Positions 13,896 through 27,110 of a DNA stretch of 64,000 bases are shown here, in pieces. Under the pieces are notes generated by a model, which made no database searches, was not told where the DNA came from, and saw only the letters and a list, made by a program, of their open reading frames with translations. Made by a program: the position numbers and the translations under genes. Position 1 is the first letter of the stretch, and the number at the start of each line of letters is the position of its first letter. Source of the DNA: Chrysomallon squamiferum (Eukaryota; Animalia; Mollusca); NCBI GenBank assembly GCA_012295275.1, contig CM022677.1, positions 13,268,001 to 13,332,000 of the forward strand. The letters are read 5' to 3'.

Positions 13896-16199
13896 TATAA
13901 AAAAAAAAAAAATAATATATTTCTAATGTAAACTTAACTGTATGATTGAGTTACATCATAGAAAACATGCCTGGCCTCCTGAACTAGTGTTTTATGAGAT
14001 ATGAGGATATTTTTAGTTAGCTAGTCGAAATTGATTCATCCTATTAAAACATAAATATTATGTTTTTACTGTCAAGAAAATATTAATGTTTCTTCTCCAG
14101 TTATGAATAAAATCTCACCTGAAGCTTTTAAAATATCAGATTAAACTTGCGCCTTCTCATCTACATAATATGTCTAATATGATATAACATCCAGTATCAA
14201 CTATTTAAGCTGTGAAGTATTGTCTGTATTAAAATTACAATTTATTTATTTGTTTATTTATTTATTTATTTTTTTAAACACAACAATAACTACAATAATA
14301 CTAATTAAAATGATAAATATAATAATAATTAAGACAGACTATTGAAACAAGGGAAAAGAAATAAGTAAGAAAGGAAATAAAATGATTATTTTACGCATAT
14401 ATTATATTATATCGTTCTATTTTTGGTTGAAACTCAGTTTATTCATATAAAACTGAAATCTTATTTCTTCATAGAACGTAAACTCTATGAACGACACAAA
14501 TTATGTCTAGAAAATTCACTGTACGTCAAAGTTTCCTGTTAATTAACAGAGAACTAATTTAAAACACAATCTGTTGTGTAATATTGAAAATCACCTTCAT
14601 CTTTCTCCATCTCACTGACTCCAGCTTAGAAAAAGTATATTTGTAAAATATACCCAACGCTTTGCCAGGAATTTAAAAATAATACTTTGTTCTATTACTA
14701 CTACTATCAGGAAGAGAGAAGAAAAAAAAAAAAAAGAACCCACGAAAAAACAATGTTCGATCCTTTTTTTTAACTGTGTACGTTCAGAAGTGTAGATTGG
14801 GGTTTCCGGTTAACGTGTTTTTATAAACAACAGTAGAATTATATGTAAAATCCAAAATCCATACTAATGTGACATTTTATTAACACAACATGTTTCACTG
14901 AAAAGCTAAGTAGGAGTAATTTTACACGACGTTATGAAAATAAGAACTGCCATCACTATTTATGTTACATGTTTTATGTTTGTTAACAGAGGCGTAGCGG
15001 TAATAGTATGTATTAAAAACATGAATCTGGAAATCTAACTGGCTGTATTTCTCAGTTTCTAAATTATTCCAGTAGAATAAAAGTCAAGTATCAACTCGTC
15101 AGCTACTGTTGATAAAAGGGTACACAACTCTCTCTTTCCCTGCAGCATATATATTTTTTTATTCACAGTTTTAGTTTTAACTAATAACAAAGGTGACATT
15201 TTATTTTTTATTTTATAGTCTCTAATATAGTCAATAAACAAATGACGTTAATTAATAAGGCAAGCTATATTTCTCATTATCGAATGATCTTCTATAAAAC
15301 AAAATATTTATCTTGTGCATTCTGCACTAGTAGATGTAACTAATGTGGTCAGTTATAAATCTATCCTCTTCTCAATTCTTTCAGTATAATCCTACATTGT
15401 TAATTAAAAAAATAATAATCAAGAAACCCATTTAATATTTTCAGTGTACACCTCTGATCTGCATAATAAATTATAATAAACGTAGGCCATATTATTTTTT
15501 TTTCATTATACACAATGTTTATTGATTTATTATTATTAGTAGTAGTAGTTAATATTATTTCGTATAATAAACAAGTAAATAAATAAATACTAAGATTAAT
15601 TTTTTCATTATCTGGTATAACGTACCTAACAAGCTGAATCAACTTTTAAGAATGCGTATGAAAAATATTGAGTGTTTTTTACACATTATTATTATCATTA
15701 TTACTACCATTATTATTATTGTTGTTTTTGTTATTGTTAAGATTAGGTGAGAGGATATATTAAGACAAATAAATAAATAAATAAATAAATAAATAAATGT
15801 ATTAATATTAATCTCGAAGATCCTTCAGTATTTTCAGAATACACTGAACCTCTCCAAGTGAGATAAAATATCTTTATTATCAATACTGTTTGCAGTGTTT
15901 ATAACAAAATTACTGAAATTATAGTTACAGCGACCCCTGTACTTATTACCACATTCTGAGAGGTAGATAAGTAGGTGGATAGATAAATAGACAGACAGAC
16001 AGATAGATCAATAGATAGACAGAAGACTTATAAAAAAGGACAAAAGTAAACTGAGTAATTAAAGTGACCTATAAAAGAAAAAATGTGAAAAGCGAGGTTA
16101 ATATGATGATATATTAACGCATGTACAAACACTTTCTTACAAGTTTATGTAAAATGTCTGTCTATCTCTAAATCCATCCCTAGTTCTCTTCAATGTATC

Positions 16200-16320
16200 T
16201 AGATTCCTTTTGCACTGTCTTTGGTTGATGAAAATATGGTAACCATATATATTACTGAATCAAAAATATTAAAGGGGGTCATCGGTCATACTGAGTTGCT
16301 CATAAGGTTGAAAACCAATG
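16200..16320 (+). mobile_element. Truncated hAT (Charlie-like) right end
   Basis: Ends AAGGTTGAAAACCAATG (same TIR family as 2371-2385), with a GGGGTC subterminal motif, followed by TTCTAAGG. The segment is absent from the paralogous module at ~44190. Confidence 0.55.
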
Positions 16321-17296
16321 TTCTAAGGCAAACATGAATACCAAACTTTTTCTTTTCTCTGTGTGTGTGTGTGTGTGTGTGTGTGCACGCGTATGTGTGT
16401 TTTTATCTATCTGTCTGTTGGTAATTGTTTCTTTCTTTATAATGGCGACAGTAATACTATCTGACATGACATTAACGAAAAAAAGAGCAACAGTAATTGC
16501 AATAATACTACTTAAAATGATAAATAAAATAATAATTAAGAAAGAATACTGAAACAAGCGAAAAAGAAAAGATTAAGAAAGGAAATAAAATGATTATTTC
16601 AGGCACATATTTATTATAAAAAAACAAAAAAACAACAACAACAAACAGTTATATTAAACAGAAATAAAATATATAGATTTAAATAAAATCACTTTATTGT
16701 ATTTAGTAAATTCAGTGAATGATCCATATTACAAGTAATCTTTCGTCTCTTCTTAGTCTTTCTCATTTATTGAAACAAAACAACAACAACAATTTTTTTT
16801 TTCGTGATTTCGTTTTACTTTTTTTTATTATTTTATTATTATTATTATTATTATTTTTTTTTTAAATTTTACTCAATACTCAATCTTTTTGGTATATTTA
16901 CCTACATGTTAAATAGAGTTGTTTCTCTTAGACCACGAACTTCTGAAATAGACGGTAAATTAGATTTGCTGCTTTTAGATGAAAAGAACTAATTTTGTAT
17001 AATATTTTCTAGCAGACAGAATCAGCTTATTAACAATCCCTGCGTTATCTTTGACTTTTAAATAACCAGTTTCCTTTATTTTTGGCTTATTTTGATGCGT
17101 TAATATTATTTATTGAATTATTCTAAAATACCTATTTCATTTAATAAATTTCATTTAATTTTATTTATTTATTTTAGTTGTAAAAGTAGTTAGGAAAGGC
17201 GCAGGAGATCACGGTTTTGTAATATGAACAACCACTCTTATCAGGGTAAATCACAAAAAGTTCAAATAATAGACTTATAATAATTGAATTTCGAAG

Positions 17297-17351
17297 TATA
17301 AAAACTTCCGTGAGCTCACGGAAACTTCCGATCGAAATCCAAGATGGCAGC
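17297..17351 (+). promoter_or_regulatory. Candidate promoter in module A (TATA-like, ETS palindrome, YY1-like AAGATGGC)
   Basis: TATAAAAA at 17297; perfect 18-bp palindrome TTCCGTGAGCTCACGGAA at 17306-17323; ACTTCCG at 17324; CCAAGATGGCAGC at 17339 with ATG at 17344. Largely conserved in the inverted paralog. Confidence 0.5.
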
Positions 17352-17849
17352 ATCGAACGCTAATCAGTGTTTTCAGAATTTTAAAGATGTAGATCTTTAT
17401 GATGCAATCAATTCTACATCGATTATTAAAATTAATTTGGGGTACTGTGTCATATAACCAATATATATATAGATGTCTATTAGTGAGTAGTAATTGCTGT
17501 AAAGGTGAAACATTTTTTTTAATTTTTTTTTATTTTTTTTATAATGTTGACATTCTATTATTTTTCCAGATAATTACGACGCCGTCAGCTAAAAAAAAAA
17601 AAAAAAAATAAATAATAATAATAATAATAATAAAAAAATAAAATAAAATAAAATAAGATATTATAAATAAATAATTTTCAATGAAGCTGGTCGATGAATA
17701 TTTTCATTAGGTACCATAACCTGGACACGTTACTCTGCTAAACCTCCATAACGAACAGCTCTGAGTACGTAGTTGTAAAACAATACATGAAACCATTCTA
17801 ATATCACTGTGTCTACTTGACATTTATCTCTCTGTATACTTCTGATATA

Positions 17850-17891
<42 letters not shown>

Positions 17892-18282
17892 CTTGGATAT
17901 CTACGGGATACCTATCCCTGTATCCGATTGATATACGTCTGTCTATCTTCATTGATATCTACGTGATATATATTTCTGTATCTACTTGGATATATCTCTC
18001 TCTTTCTTCTAGGATAACTATCTCTCTATATAGTAGGAGATGTACCTCTGTCTTCAAGGAGATATGTTTGTGAGTATGGGTTTATCCATGTATAGGTATA
18101 TATATATATGTCTGCCAAGCAGTATATCTAGCTCTGTTTCTACTGGGATATCTATCTCTGTATCTACCTGTCTATCAACCAGGATACTTATATCTTCATC
18201 TGCCTGATATTAATCTTTGTTTCTTTTTCTTCAACTGCTTTGTTACACACTAAATCAGTAAAGTTCTTGTTTTCCCACACAG

Positions 18283-18367
18283 TGGCTGAACTGATATGCA
18301 GAGCGGGATTCTCATACATTGGGATTCGTTGCTATTGGTTTGCTCCACCTGAAATCCCAGCCACACG
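18283..18367 (+). pseudogene. Isolated exon resembling the N-terminal strands of a C-type lectin domain
   Basis: cacag|...|gtaaga borders. Reads AELICRAGFSYIGIRCYWFAPPEIPAT, matching the C-xx-G-F-x5-C-Y-x-F CTLD start. No further CTLD exons were found. Confidence 0.55.
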
Positions 18368-18506
18368 GTAAGAGTATCCCACTGGAACTGATTACACTGG
18401 CACTAGACTGAAACACACTTACTCACTTGTAATTTACAAAATACTTATATAGCGATATACACTTTACTAAATAGATGCATACCGACATACAGGTTATTAA
18501 AAACAT

Positions 18507-18537
<31 letters not shown>

Positions 18538-19599
18538 TTTTATTAATATTTTCAGTCTCTTAACTGCATCTCCATCTTTCTAGTTATTTTTCTACATTCT
18601 AATAATTCAAATTATTTTATTTTATTTTATTATTTATTTATTTATTATTATTATTATTATTGTAATTCTTTTTATTTTTTTTACAAGCTAGTTATAATTA
18701 TTTTTATTATTATATTTCTTCTTCATATTTCTTTTTATTCAGTGGGAAGCAGACTTTTTTAAAAATGTTTTAATAAAACAAGTAACCTAGTAATATCTCA
18801 GAGAATTAATATTTTTGTTACTAGTGTAGATATTCTGTCTTCCTAAGTCAAAACCTGTTTCCACTGATGATGTCATATTTCTAGTGTTTGCCAAACAAAC
18901 CCAAACAATAATGAAGTTGTTTACTTGTATGGTCAATATATTTTGTTTTCTAAAAATTATTATTTTTAGTGATTTTTTTAGAACCAATATTATTCTGATA
19001 ACTTGTTTGTTACTATTAGTGTCTTTTAAATATTACCAATGATTTGGATAAATATTTGTATTTATATTCACTTAATGTTTTCTCTTAATTTCAAGAAATA
19101 GAAAGAAAAAAGTATATATACTTTCTATTTCTTTTTTATTTCCACAGAACTGACATGGTTTCACAAAAGTGAAAAGGAAACAGCAGTTGGCAACAACAAC
19201 ACCAGTACCACCATTAGACCCGAGACAAACTGACATAACCACACCAACCAGTGAAAACTCAAACTCCTGTACCAAGAAACATCCAGACACACTAGAAAAG
19301 AAACCAGAAACATCACCACCCATTGCCATAGGTACTTTGGTAAAAAATAACATCTAAGAAAGAAGGGGAACAGAAAAAGTTTGATCATGTGATTCAACTG
19401 ACTAATCTTCTTGTGAAATGGAATTTTTGTTGAAAGCAGCCAAACCAAGCTTAAACTGCCAACATATCTACTTAGTCACATTTTAAATCTTTAAAATATG
19501 TTTACAGAAAGATAATATATAATATTTTCTTTCTTTTTTCTTCTTTTCTTTTCTTTATGTTCTTTAAACATTATTTTCAAAGTTGTAATATTTTGAAGT

Positions 19600-21682
19600 A
19601 TAACAAAGAAAGAAAATAATATGTTTCTGTAAGTTCTCTTTTGATAATTCTGAACATAAACAGCTTTAGAATCATAATTTAAATAATTATATATTTATTT
19701 ATAGTTTTAATTTATAAAAATGCTCTTAAAACAAGTTTTTGTAGATAGTTGATTAGTTTATTTATTTTTATTTATTTATAAATCTTTCTGCCTATCTTCT
19801 ATCATTTATTTATGTTCTTATTAGTTTTAATTTATTTAAAATATAATACTGAATTACATAATATTCACATTAATTATTATCAACCTTTTCATTATTTTAT
19901 GTAAAATTACAACCTACTGAATAATTTAGTATTCTGTATTTTCATTATTTTTTAACTAGGTTTTAAATTTATCAGGAAACAGTTTTGGACTCCAGGCTTT
20001 CTGAGCTGTGTGTTTGGCAATGTGTTCTAACACAACAGTGATCTTCCTTAGCCTCACCACCAACAAAACAGACACTGAGAGTGCTGTGAGTAATCTTAAT
20101 TATAACTGTTATAAAATGTTTTATAATAATAATAACAGTAATAATAATAAAACAAATAATAATACTAGTAATAATAATAATAACAATAATAATAATAATA
20201 ATAACAACAATAACAATACTAATTATGACAATAATAATACTAGTAATAATTTTAGTATAACTAGTAATAATAATAATAATAATAATAATATTAATAATAA
20301 AACCATCATGATTACATAACGCTTATACTTATAACAAGAAATTATTTATATATTTATATATGTATAATTGTGAAAAAAATTCTTGATTTCTCTTCTTCTT
20401 CTTCTTCTTCTTCTTATTATTATTATTATTAGTTGTAGTAATTAGTATATATAATTGTCCAATATTACCAGTTAGCTACTAATATTGCTACTTCTGATAC
20501 TACAACTGTTATTCTACTACTGAGAAAAATAGTGACTTTCAACACACTAAATCTATAAACAGTAACTATATATCTATATTTACCACTATGTCTGTTACTG
20601 CTATTTCTACTGTTGTTACTTATACTACCAATGTTAATGCTTTTATTTTTACTACTTTTATTACATCTACTACTTCTACTACTGCTGCTACTGCTGCTAC
20701 TAGTACTACTACTACTACTGTGGTGTCTGCAGTTATTTACTACCTCTACTTATTCTATCTACTTGTACTATACAACCTAATCTAATTCTACCACAGTTAT
20801 CACTGTCACTGTTACTACTGCGATTACCACTAATAGTATTACTACTACTAGTATTACTACAACTAATACTGTTACTACTAATACTACAATTATTACCACT
20901 AATACTACAACTATTACCATTATTACTACTCTTATTATTACCCTGGTACTATTAGCTCTAATACTACAACTATAAATTCTGCTGCTGCTGTTACTACTAC
21001 AACTACTACTACTACTACAACTGCTGCTGCTGCTGCTACTGCTACTACTGCAACTGTTACTAATAAAAAAAACTACTACAACTATGATGTCTTCTACTAA
21101 CTATGATGTCTTCTAATAACAAAGAAAGAAAATAATATGTTTCTGTAAGTTCTCTTTTGATAATTCTGAACATAAACAGCTTTAGAATCATAATTTAAAT
21201 AATTATATATTTATTTATAGTTTTAATTTATAAAAATGCTCTTAAAACAAGTTTTTGTAGATAGTTGATTAGTTTATTTATTTTTATTTATTTATAAATC
21301 TTTCTGCCTATCTTCTATCATTTATTTATGTTCTTATTAGTTTTAATTTATTTAAAATATAATACTGAATTACATAATATTCACATTAATTATTATCAAC
21401 CTTTTCATTATTTTATGTAAAATTACAACCTACTGAATAATTTAGTATTCTGTATTTTCATTATTTTTTAACTAGGTTTTAAATTTATCAGGAAACAGTT
21501 TTGGACTCAGGCTTTCTGAGCTGTGTGTTTGGCAATGTGTTCTAACACAACAGTGATCTTCCTTAGCCTCACCACCAACAAAACAGACACTGAGAGTGCT
21601 GTGAGTAATCTTAATTATAACTGTTATAAAATGTTTTATAATAATAATAACAGTAATAATAATAAAACAAATAATAATACTA

Positions 21683-21725
<43 letters not shown>

Positions 21726-22677
21726 CAATAACAATACTAATTATATGACAATAATAATACTAGTAATAATTTTAGTATAACTAGTAATAATAATAATAAT
21801 AATAATAATATTAATAATAAAACCATCATGATTACATAACGCTTATACTTATAACAAGAAATTATTTATATATTTATATATGTATAATTGTGAAAAAAAT
21901 TCTTGATTTCTCTTCTTCTTCTTCTTCTTCTTCTTATTATTATTATTATTAGTTGTAGTAATTAGTATATATAATTGTCCAATATTACCAGTTAGCTACT
22001 AATATTGCTACTTCTGATACTACAACTGTTATTCTACTACTGAGAAAAATAGTGACTTTCAACACACTAAATCTATAAACAGTAACTATATATCTATATT
22101 TACCACTATGTCTGTTACTGCTATTTCTACTGTTGTTACTTATACTACCAATGTTAATGCTTTTATTTTTACTACTTTTATTACATCTACTACTTCTACT
22201 ACTGCTGCTACTGCTGCTACTAGTACTACTACTACTACTACTGTGTGGTGTCTGCAGTTATTTACTACCTCTACTTATTCTATCTACTTGTACTATACAA
22301 CCTAATCTAATTCTACCACAGTTATCACTGTCACTGTTACTACTGCGATTACCACTAATAGTATTACTACTACTAGTATTACTACAACTAATACTGTTAC
22401 TACTAATACTACAATTATTACCACTAATACTACAACTATTACCATTATTACTACTCTTATTATTACCCTGGTACTATTAGCTCTAATACTACAACTATAA
22501 ATTCTGCTGCTGCTGTTACTACTACTACAACTACTACTACTACTACTACTGCTGCTGCTGCTACTGCAACTACTACTATAAAAAAACTACAACCGATGGT
22601 TCTGCAACTGTTACTAATAAAAAAAACTACTACAACTATGATGTCTTCTACTAACTATGATGTCTTCTAATAACAAA
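19600..22677. repeat. Direct tandem duplication of ~1.5 kb (19600-21115 and 21116-22669)
   Basis: Near-identical copies; the 8-bp microhomology ATAACAAA lies at 19600, 21116 and 22670. Confidence 0.95.
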
Positions 22678-23830
22678 TAAATAAGTGTAAACAATTTGTG
22701 TTAATAGTTTTACTATCACTAAACTCAACTTTCAGAGCTACTGATATTTACTGTGATATTACATTTATTTATTTATTTATGTATTTATTTATTTATTTTC
22801 AGAGCTATGTGTAGGCTCTACTGATATAAAACTTCTATCATCAAATCTAGTGGAAAACACTGGACTCACAGAACTAGATCTGTCTAGTAATGGATTATCT
22901 AATAAAACTGCTCTCACTAAACACTGGACTCACAGAACTAGATCTGTCTAGTAATGGATTATCTGATAAAACTGCTCTCACTAAACACTGGACTCACAGA
23001 ACTAGATCTGTCTAGTAATGGATTATCTGATAAAACTGCTCTCACTAAACACTGGACTCACAGAACTAGATCTGTCTAGTAATGGATTATCTGATAAAAC
23101 TGCTCTCACTAAACACTGGACTCACAGAACTAGATCTGTCTAGTAATGGATTATCTGATAAAACTCACTAAACAACAGAACTCTCACTAAACACTGGACT
23201 CACAAAACTGGACTCTGAACTAGATCTGTCTAGTAATGGATTTATCTGATAAAACTGCTCTCACTAAACACTGGACTCACAGAACTAGATCTGTCTAGTA
23301 ATGGATTATCTGATAAAACTGCTCTCACTAAACACTGGACTCACAGAACTGGATCTGTCTAGTAATGGATTATCTGATAAAACTGCTCTCACTAAACAGT
23401 GGACTCACAGAACTGGATCTGTCTAGTAAAGGATTATCTAATAAAACTGCTCTCACTAAACAGTGGACTCACAGAACTGGATCTGTCTAGTAAAGGATTA
23501 TCTAATAAAACTGCTCTCACTAAACACTGGACTCACAGAACTGGATCTGTCTAGTAATGGATTATCTGATAAAACTGCTCTCACTAAACAGTGGACTCAC
23601 AGAACTGGATCTGTCTAGTAAAGGATTATCTAATAAAACTGCTCTCACTAAAGGACTGGCTGCTGCTTTAAGGGTGAGAGGAAGTTTCACAACTTAAACA
23701 ATTTACTGTTCACATGAAAAGTGTAATAGTAAATATTGGTGAAATGTGGTTGTAGTAGTTGATGATAAGCAATTACATTAGTTGTTATAACAACAACATA
23801 AACAGCATTTGTATTAACATAATACATATA

Positions 23831-23884
<54 letters not shown>

Positions 23885-24396
23885 TTAATGTATATGTGAA
23901 ATTGTGTGTGTGCGGGTGTGTGTGTTCTTACATGTGTATATGCCTGTATAGTCTGTCAGCTTCTATCTTTCTCTATGTATGTATATAACATTTTAATATT
24001 AGATTAATTTCATAATTTTTTTTATTCACAGAATCCAGGATGTGTGTTATCATCTGTATGTGTCAGTCAGTGTAATATGAGTGATGTTGGTCTAAAGATT
24101 TGTGTACTGCAGTCACAGAAAACTCTTCTCTCACTGAACTTAATATCTGCAGCAATCAGGTGGGTGTGTCAGTAATTAGTCAATCAGATCTCAGCCTGAT
24201 TAATCAGACTATAAATAGAGATTAACCAATGAAACCACAGAATGATTTACCAACCAATCTTCAGAGAGAGAGAGATCAGCCAATCAGAATTAATTAGCTC
24301 AGTTATTTTTGTACACACTATGCTTATTTTAATCACTGACATTAAATTAGTTTCTGCTAACGTAGATTCTACACATTGTGAATTACTATTATTATT

Positions 24397-24442
<46 letters not shown>

Positions 24443-24650
24443 TTATTTGTTTTTATTACCAGCTGGGATCACTAAATCGTGTACTCAGTTTTTGTCTGCT
24501 CTTTTCAGTCGTCCAAGATGACAGGTTTTTGTCTGAATGATGCAAAATGTAACAACCAAACACTTACTGTTGAAGGTTAATTTAGATGTGGACATTGGAA
24601 ATTGTCCTGATCTCTCTGTATGTATTATTAACGATTTAGTTAAACTTACT
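19960..24650 (+). pseudogene. Ribonuclease-inhibitor-type LRR gene fragment (multi-exon, disrupted)
   Basis: Exons: 19960-20085 (VLNLSGNSFGLQAF*AVCLAMCSNTTVIFLSLTTNKTDTESA); its duplicate 21476-21600; 22803-23673 (LCVGSTDIKLLSSNLVENTGLTELDLSSNGLS.KTALTK...GLAAALR); 24032-24159 (NPGCVLSSVCVSQCNMSDVGL/DLCTAVTENSSLTELNICSNQ, 1-bp frameshift); and a degraded exon from 24463. Canonical splice sites and LxxLxLxxN motifs. Confidence 0.8.
22856..23650 (+). repeat. 64-bp minisatellite, ~12 copies, inside an LRR exon
   Basis: Unit AACACTGGACTCACAGAACTAGATCTGTCTAGTAATGGATTATCTGATAAAACTGCTCTCACTA starts at 22856, 22920, 22984, 23048 and 23112. An irregular unit follows at ~23165-23266, then regular units to 23650. 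Confidence 0.95.
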
Positions 24651-24784
24651 TCAGGTAATTTTTGTTTAAATATTTCTAATATTTGAAAAAATTATCTGTA
24701 TATAATCCTTATCTCTCTGTATCTGACATAGACAATTTCGTTAAACCATATGCTAAGAATATTAAGCTCTTTGTGTGTGTGTGT

Positions 24785-25251
24785 GTGTGTGTCAGCAATA
24801 GCGACAATTGCTTTGTGATAATAGTGTGTGTGTGATTGTGTATGAGCAAGAGTGATAATTGCTACTGTGAAAAGAGTGTGTGCGTGTCAGTGTATCAGAA
24901 ATAGTGATAACTGCTACTCTGATAATAGTGTGTGTGTGTTTGTGTGTTTGTGTGAGTGTATTAGCAATAGTGGTAACTGCTATTCTGATAATAGTGTGTG
25001 TGTGTGTGTGTGTGTTTGAGTGTATTAGCAATAATGATAACTGCTATTCTGATAATAGTGTGTGTGTGTTTGTGTGTTTGTGTGAGTGTATTAGCAATAG
25101 TGATAACTGCTATTCTGATAATAGTGTGTGTGTGTTTGTGTGTGTTTGTGTCAGTGTATTAGCAATAGTGATAACTGCTATTCTGATAGTAGTATGTGTG
25201 GGTGTGTTTGTGTCAGTGTATTAACAATTTTGATAATTGTTACTCTGATAA

Positions 25252-25300
<49 letters not shown>

Positions 25301-27110
25301 TGTGAGTGTATTAGCAATAGTGATAACTGGTATTCTGGTAATAGTGTGTGTGTGTTTGTGTGAGTGTATTAGCAATAGTGATCACTGCTATTCTGATAAT
25401 GTGTGTGTGTATCAGCTATAGTCATAATTGCTACTCAGATAATAGTGTTTGTGTATGTATGTGAGTGTATTAGCATTAGCGATAATTGCTACTCTGATAA
25501 TAGTGTGTGTGTGTGTGTAAGTGTATCAGCAATAATGTTAACTACTACTCTGGTAATTGTGTGTATCAGCAAGAGTAATAACTGCTACTCTGATGATAGT
25601 GTGTGTGTGTGTATGAGAGTGTATCAGCAACAGTGATAATTGCCAATCTGATAATAGTATCTGTGTGTTTGAGTGTCAGTATATGAGCTATATTGAAAAT
25701 TACTACTCTGATAATAGTATGTGTGCGTGTATCAGCAATAGAGATAACTGCTGCTCAGATAATAGTAAATGGCTGTGTGTACCTGTGTGTGAGTATATAA
25801 GCAATAGTGATATATATTATGTGTGTGCATTTCTATGTGTGTATATCAAATAGTGATAAATGGTATTCAGATAATAATGTGTGTATGTGTCGGTATCAGC
25901 AATAGTGATAACTGCTACTCCGATAATAGTGCGTGTGAGTGTGAGTGTATCAGCAATAATGATGATTACTACTGAGATAACAGTATGTGTTTGTGAGTGT
26001 ATCAGCAATAGTTATAACTACTACTCTGATAATAGTATGTGTGTGTGTGTGTCAGCAATAGTGATAATTGCTACTCAGATAATAGTGTGTGTGTGTGTGT
26101 TTGTGAGCCATAGTGATAATTGCTGGTCTGATAATAGTATGTGGGTCTGTATGTGAGTGTATCAGCAATAGTGATAATTGTTGTGTGTATGCATGTGTGT
26201 GAGACAATAGTCATAATTGCTATTCTGATAATAGTGTGTGTGTCTGTACCTGTGTGTGTGAGTCAGTCAGCAATAGTGATAATTGCTACTCTCATAATAG
26301 TGTGTGTTCATGTGTGTGTGAGTGTATCAGTAATAGTGATAATTGATAATGTGATCAGCAATAGTAATAACTACTACTCTGATATGAGTGTGTGTGTGTA
26401 AGTGTATCAGAAATAGTGATAATTGCTACTCTGTTAATAGTGTGTGTGTATGTGTGTGTGTGTGCATGTGTGTCTGTATCAGCAGTAGTGACTATTGCTA
26501 CTCTGATAATAGTATGTGTGTGTGACTATCAGCAATAGTGATAATTGATACTCTGGTAAAAATGTATGTGTGTTTGTGTGGGAGTTTATCAGCAATAGTG
26601 ATAACTGCTATTTGTGTGTGTATAGTTGTTTGTGTTATAGTGATAATTGCTCCTCTGATAATGTGTGTGTGTGTGTGTATCAGGAATAATGATAATTGCT
26701 ACTCAGATAATAGTGTGTATGTGTGTGTATCTGCAATAGTGATAACTGCTACTCAAATAATAGTGTATATGTGTATGTGTCTGCAATAGTGATAACTCCT
26801 GCTGGCATAATAGTATGTGTGTGTATCAGCCATAGTGATAACTGCTACTTAGATAATATTGTGAGTGTGTATGCGAGTATACAATTAATATGATAATTGC
26901 TACTGTGATTATAGTGTGTGTGTATGTATATGTGAGTATATCAGCAATAGTGATAATTGCTACTCTGATATTAGTATGTGAATGTGTGTGTGTCAGTGAG
27001 TGTGAGTGTATCATCAACAGTGATAATTGCTACTTAGATAACAGTGTGTGTGTACATGTGTATCAGCAATAGTGATACTTGCTACTCTAATAATAGTGTG
27101 TGTGTCTGTG
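24785..27110. repeat. Compound minisatellite: ~40-bp core alternating with (TG)n tracts, roughly 40 units
   Basis: Core GTAT(C/T)AGCAATAGTGATAA(C/T)TGCTA(C/T)TCTGATAATA separated by variable TG runs. Confidence 0.9.

Larger units (their letters stand above)
15810..17790 (+). repeat. Module A: ~2-kb segment duplicated in inverted orientation at 42560-44672
   Basis: Colinear reverse-complement matches, e.g. GAAGATCCTTCAGTATTTTCAGAATACAC (15816) with ~44642-44670, TCGAAATCCAAGATGGCAGC (17332) with ~43040-43059, and CTGAGTACGTAGTTGTAAAACAATAC (17761) with ~42559-42584. Confidence 0.9.

Noticed and set aside
20002-20004. In-frame TGA codons in several exons read as selenocysteine or a variant code
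   Set aside because: CGA>TGA deamination in CpG-depleted blocks explains them. The same exon chains also carry TAA/TAG stops and frameshifts.
20588-22480. Thr-rich and poly-Leu ORFs suggesting mucin or membrane proteins
   Set aside because: They derive from intronic (ACT)n/(GCT)n low-complexity tracts.
22856-23650. CRISPR-like regular array
   Set aside because: Units are contiguous with no unique spacers, derive from an LRR exon, and lie in eukaryotic DNA with no cas genes.
24785-27110. Palindromic repeat plus variable spacer, resembling CRISPR; also many Cys/Val-rich ORFs
   Set aside because: The spacers are (TG)n microsatellites and the cores are degenerate. The ORFs are translations of the repeat.
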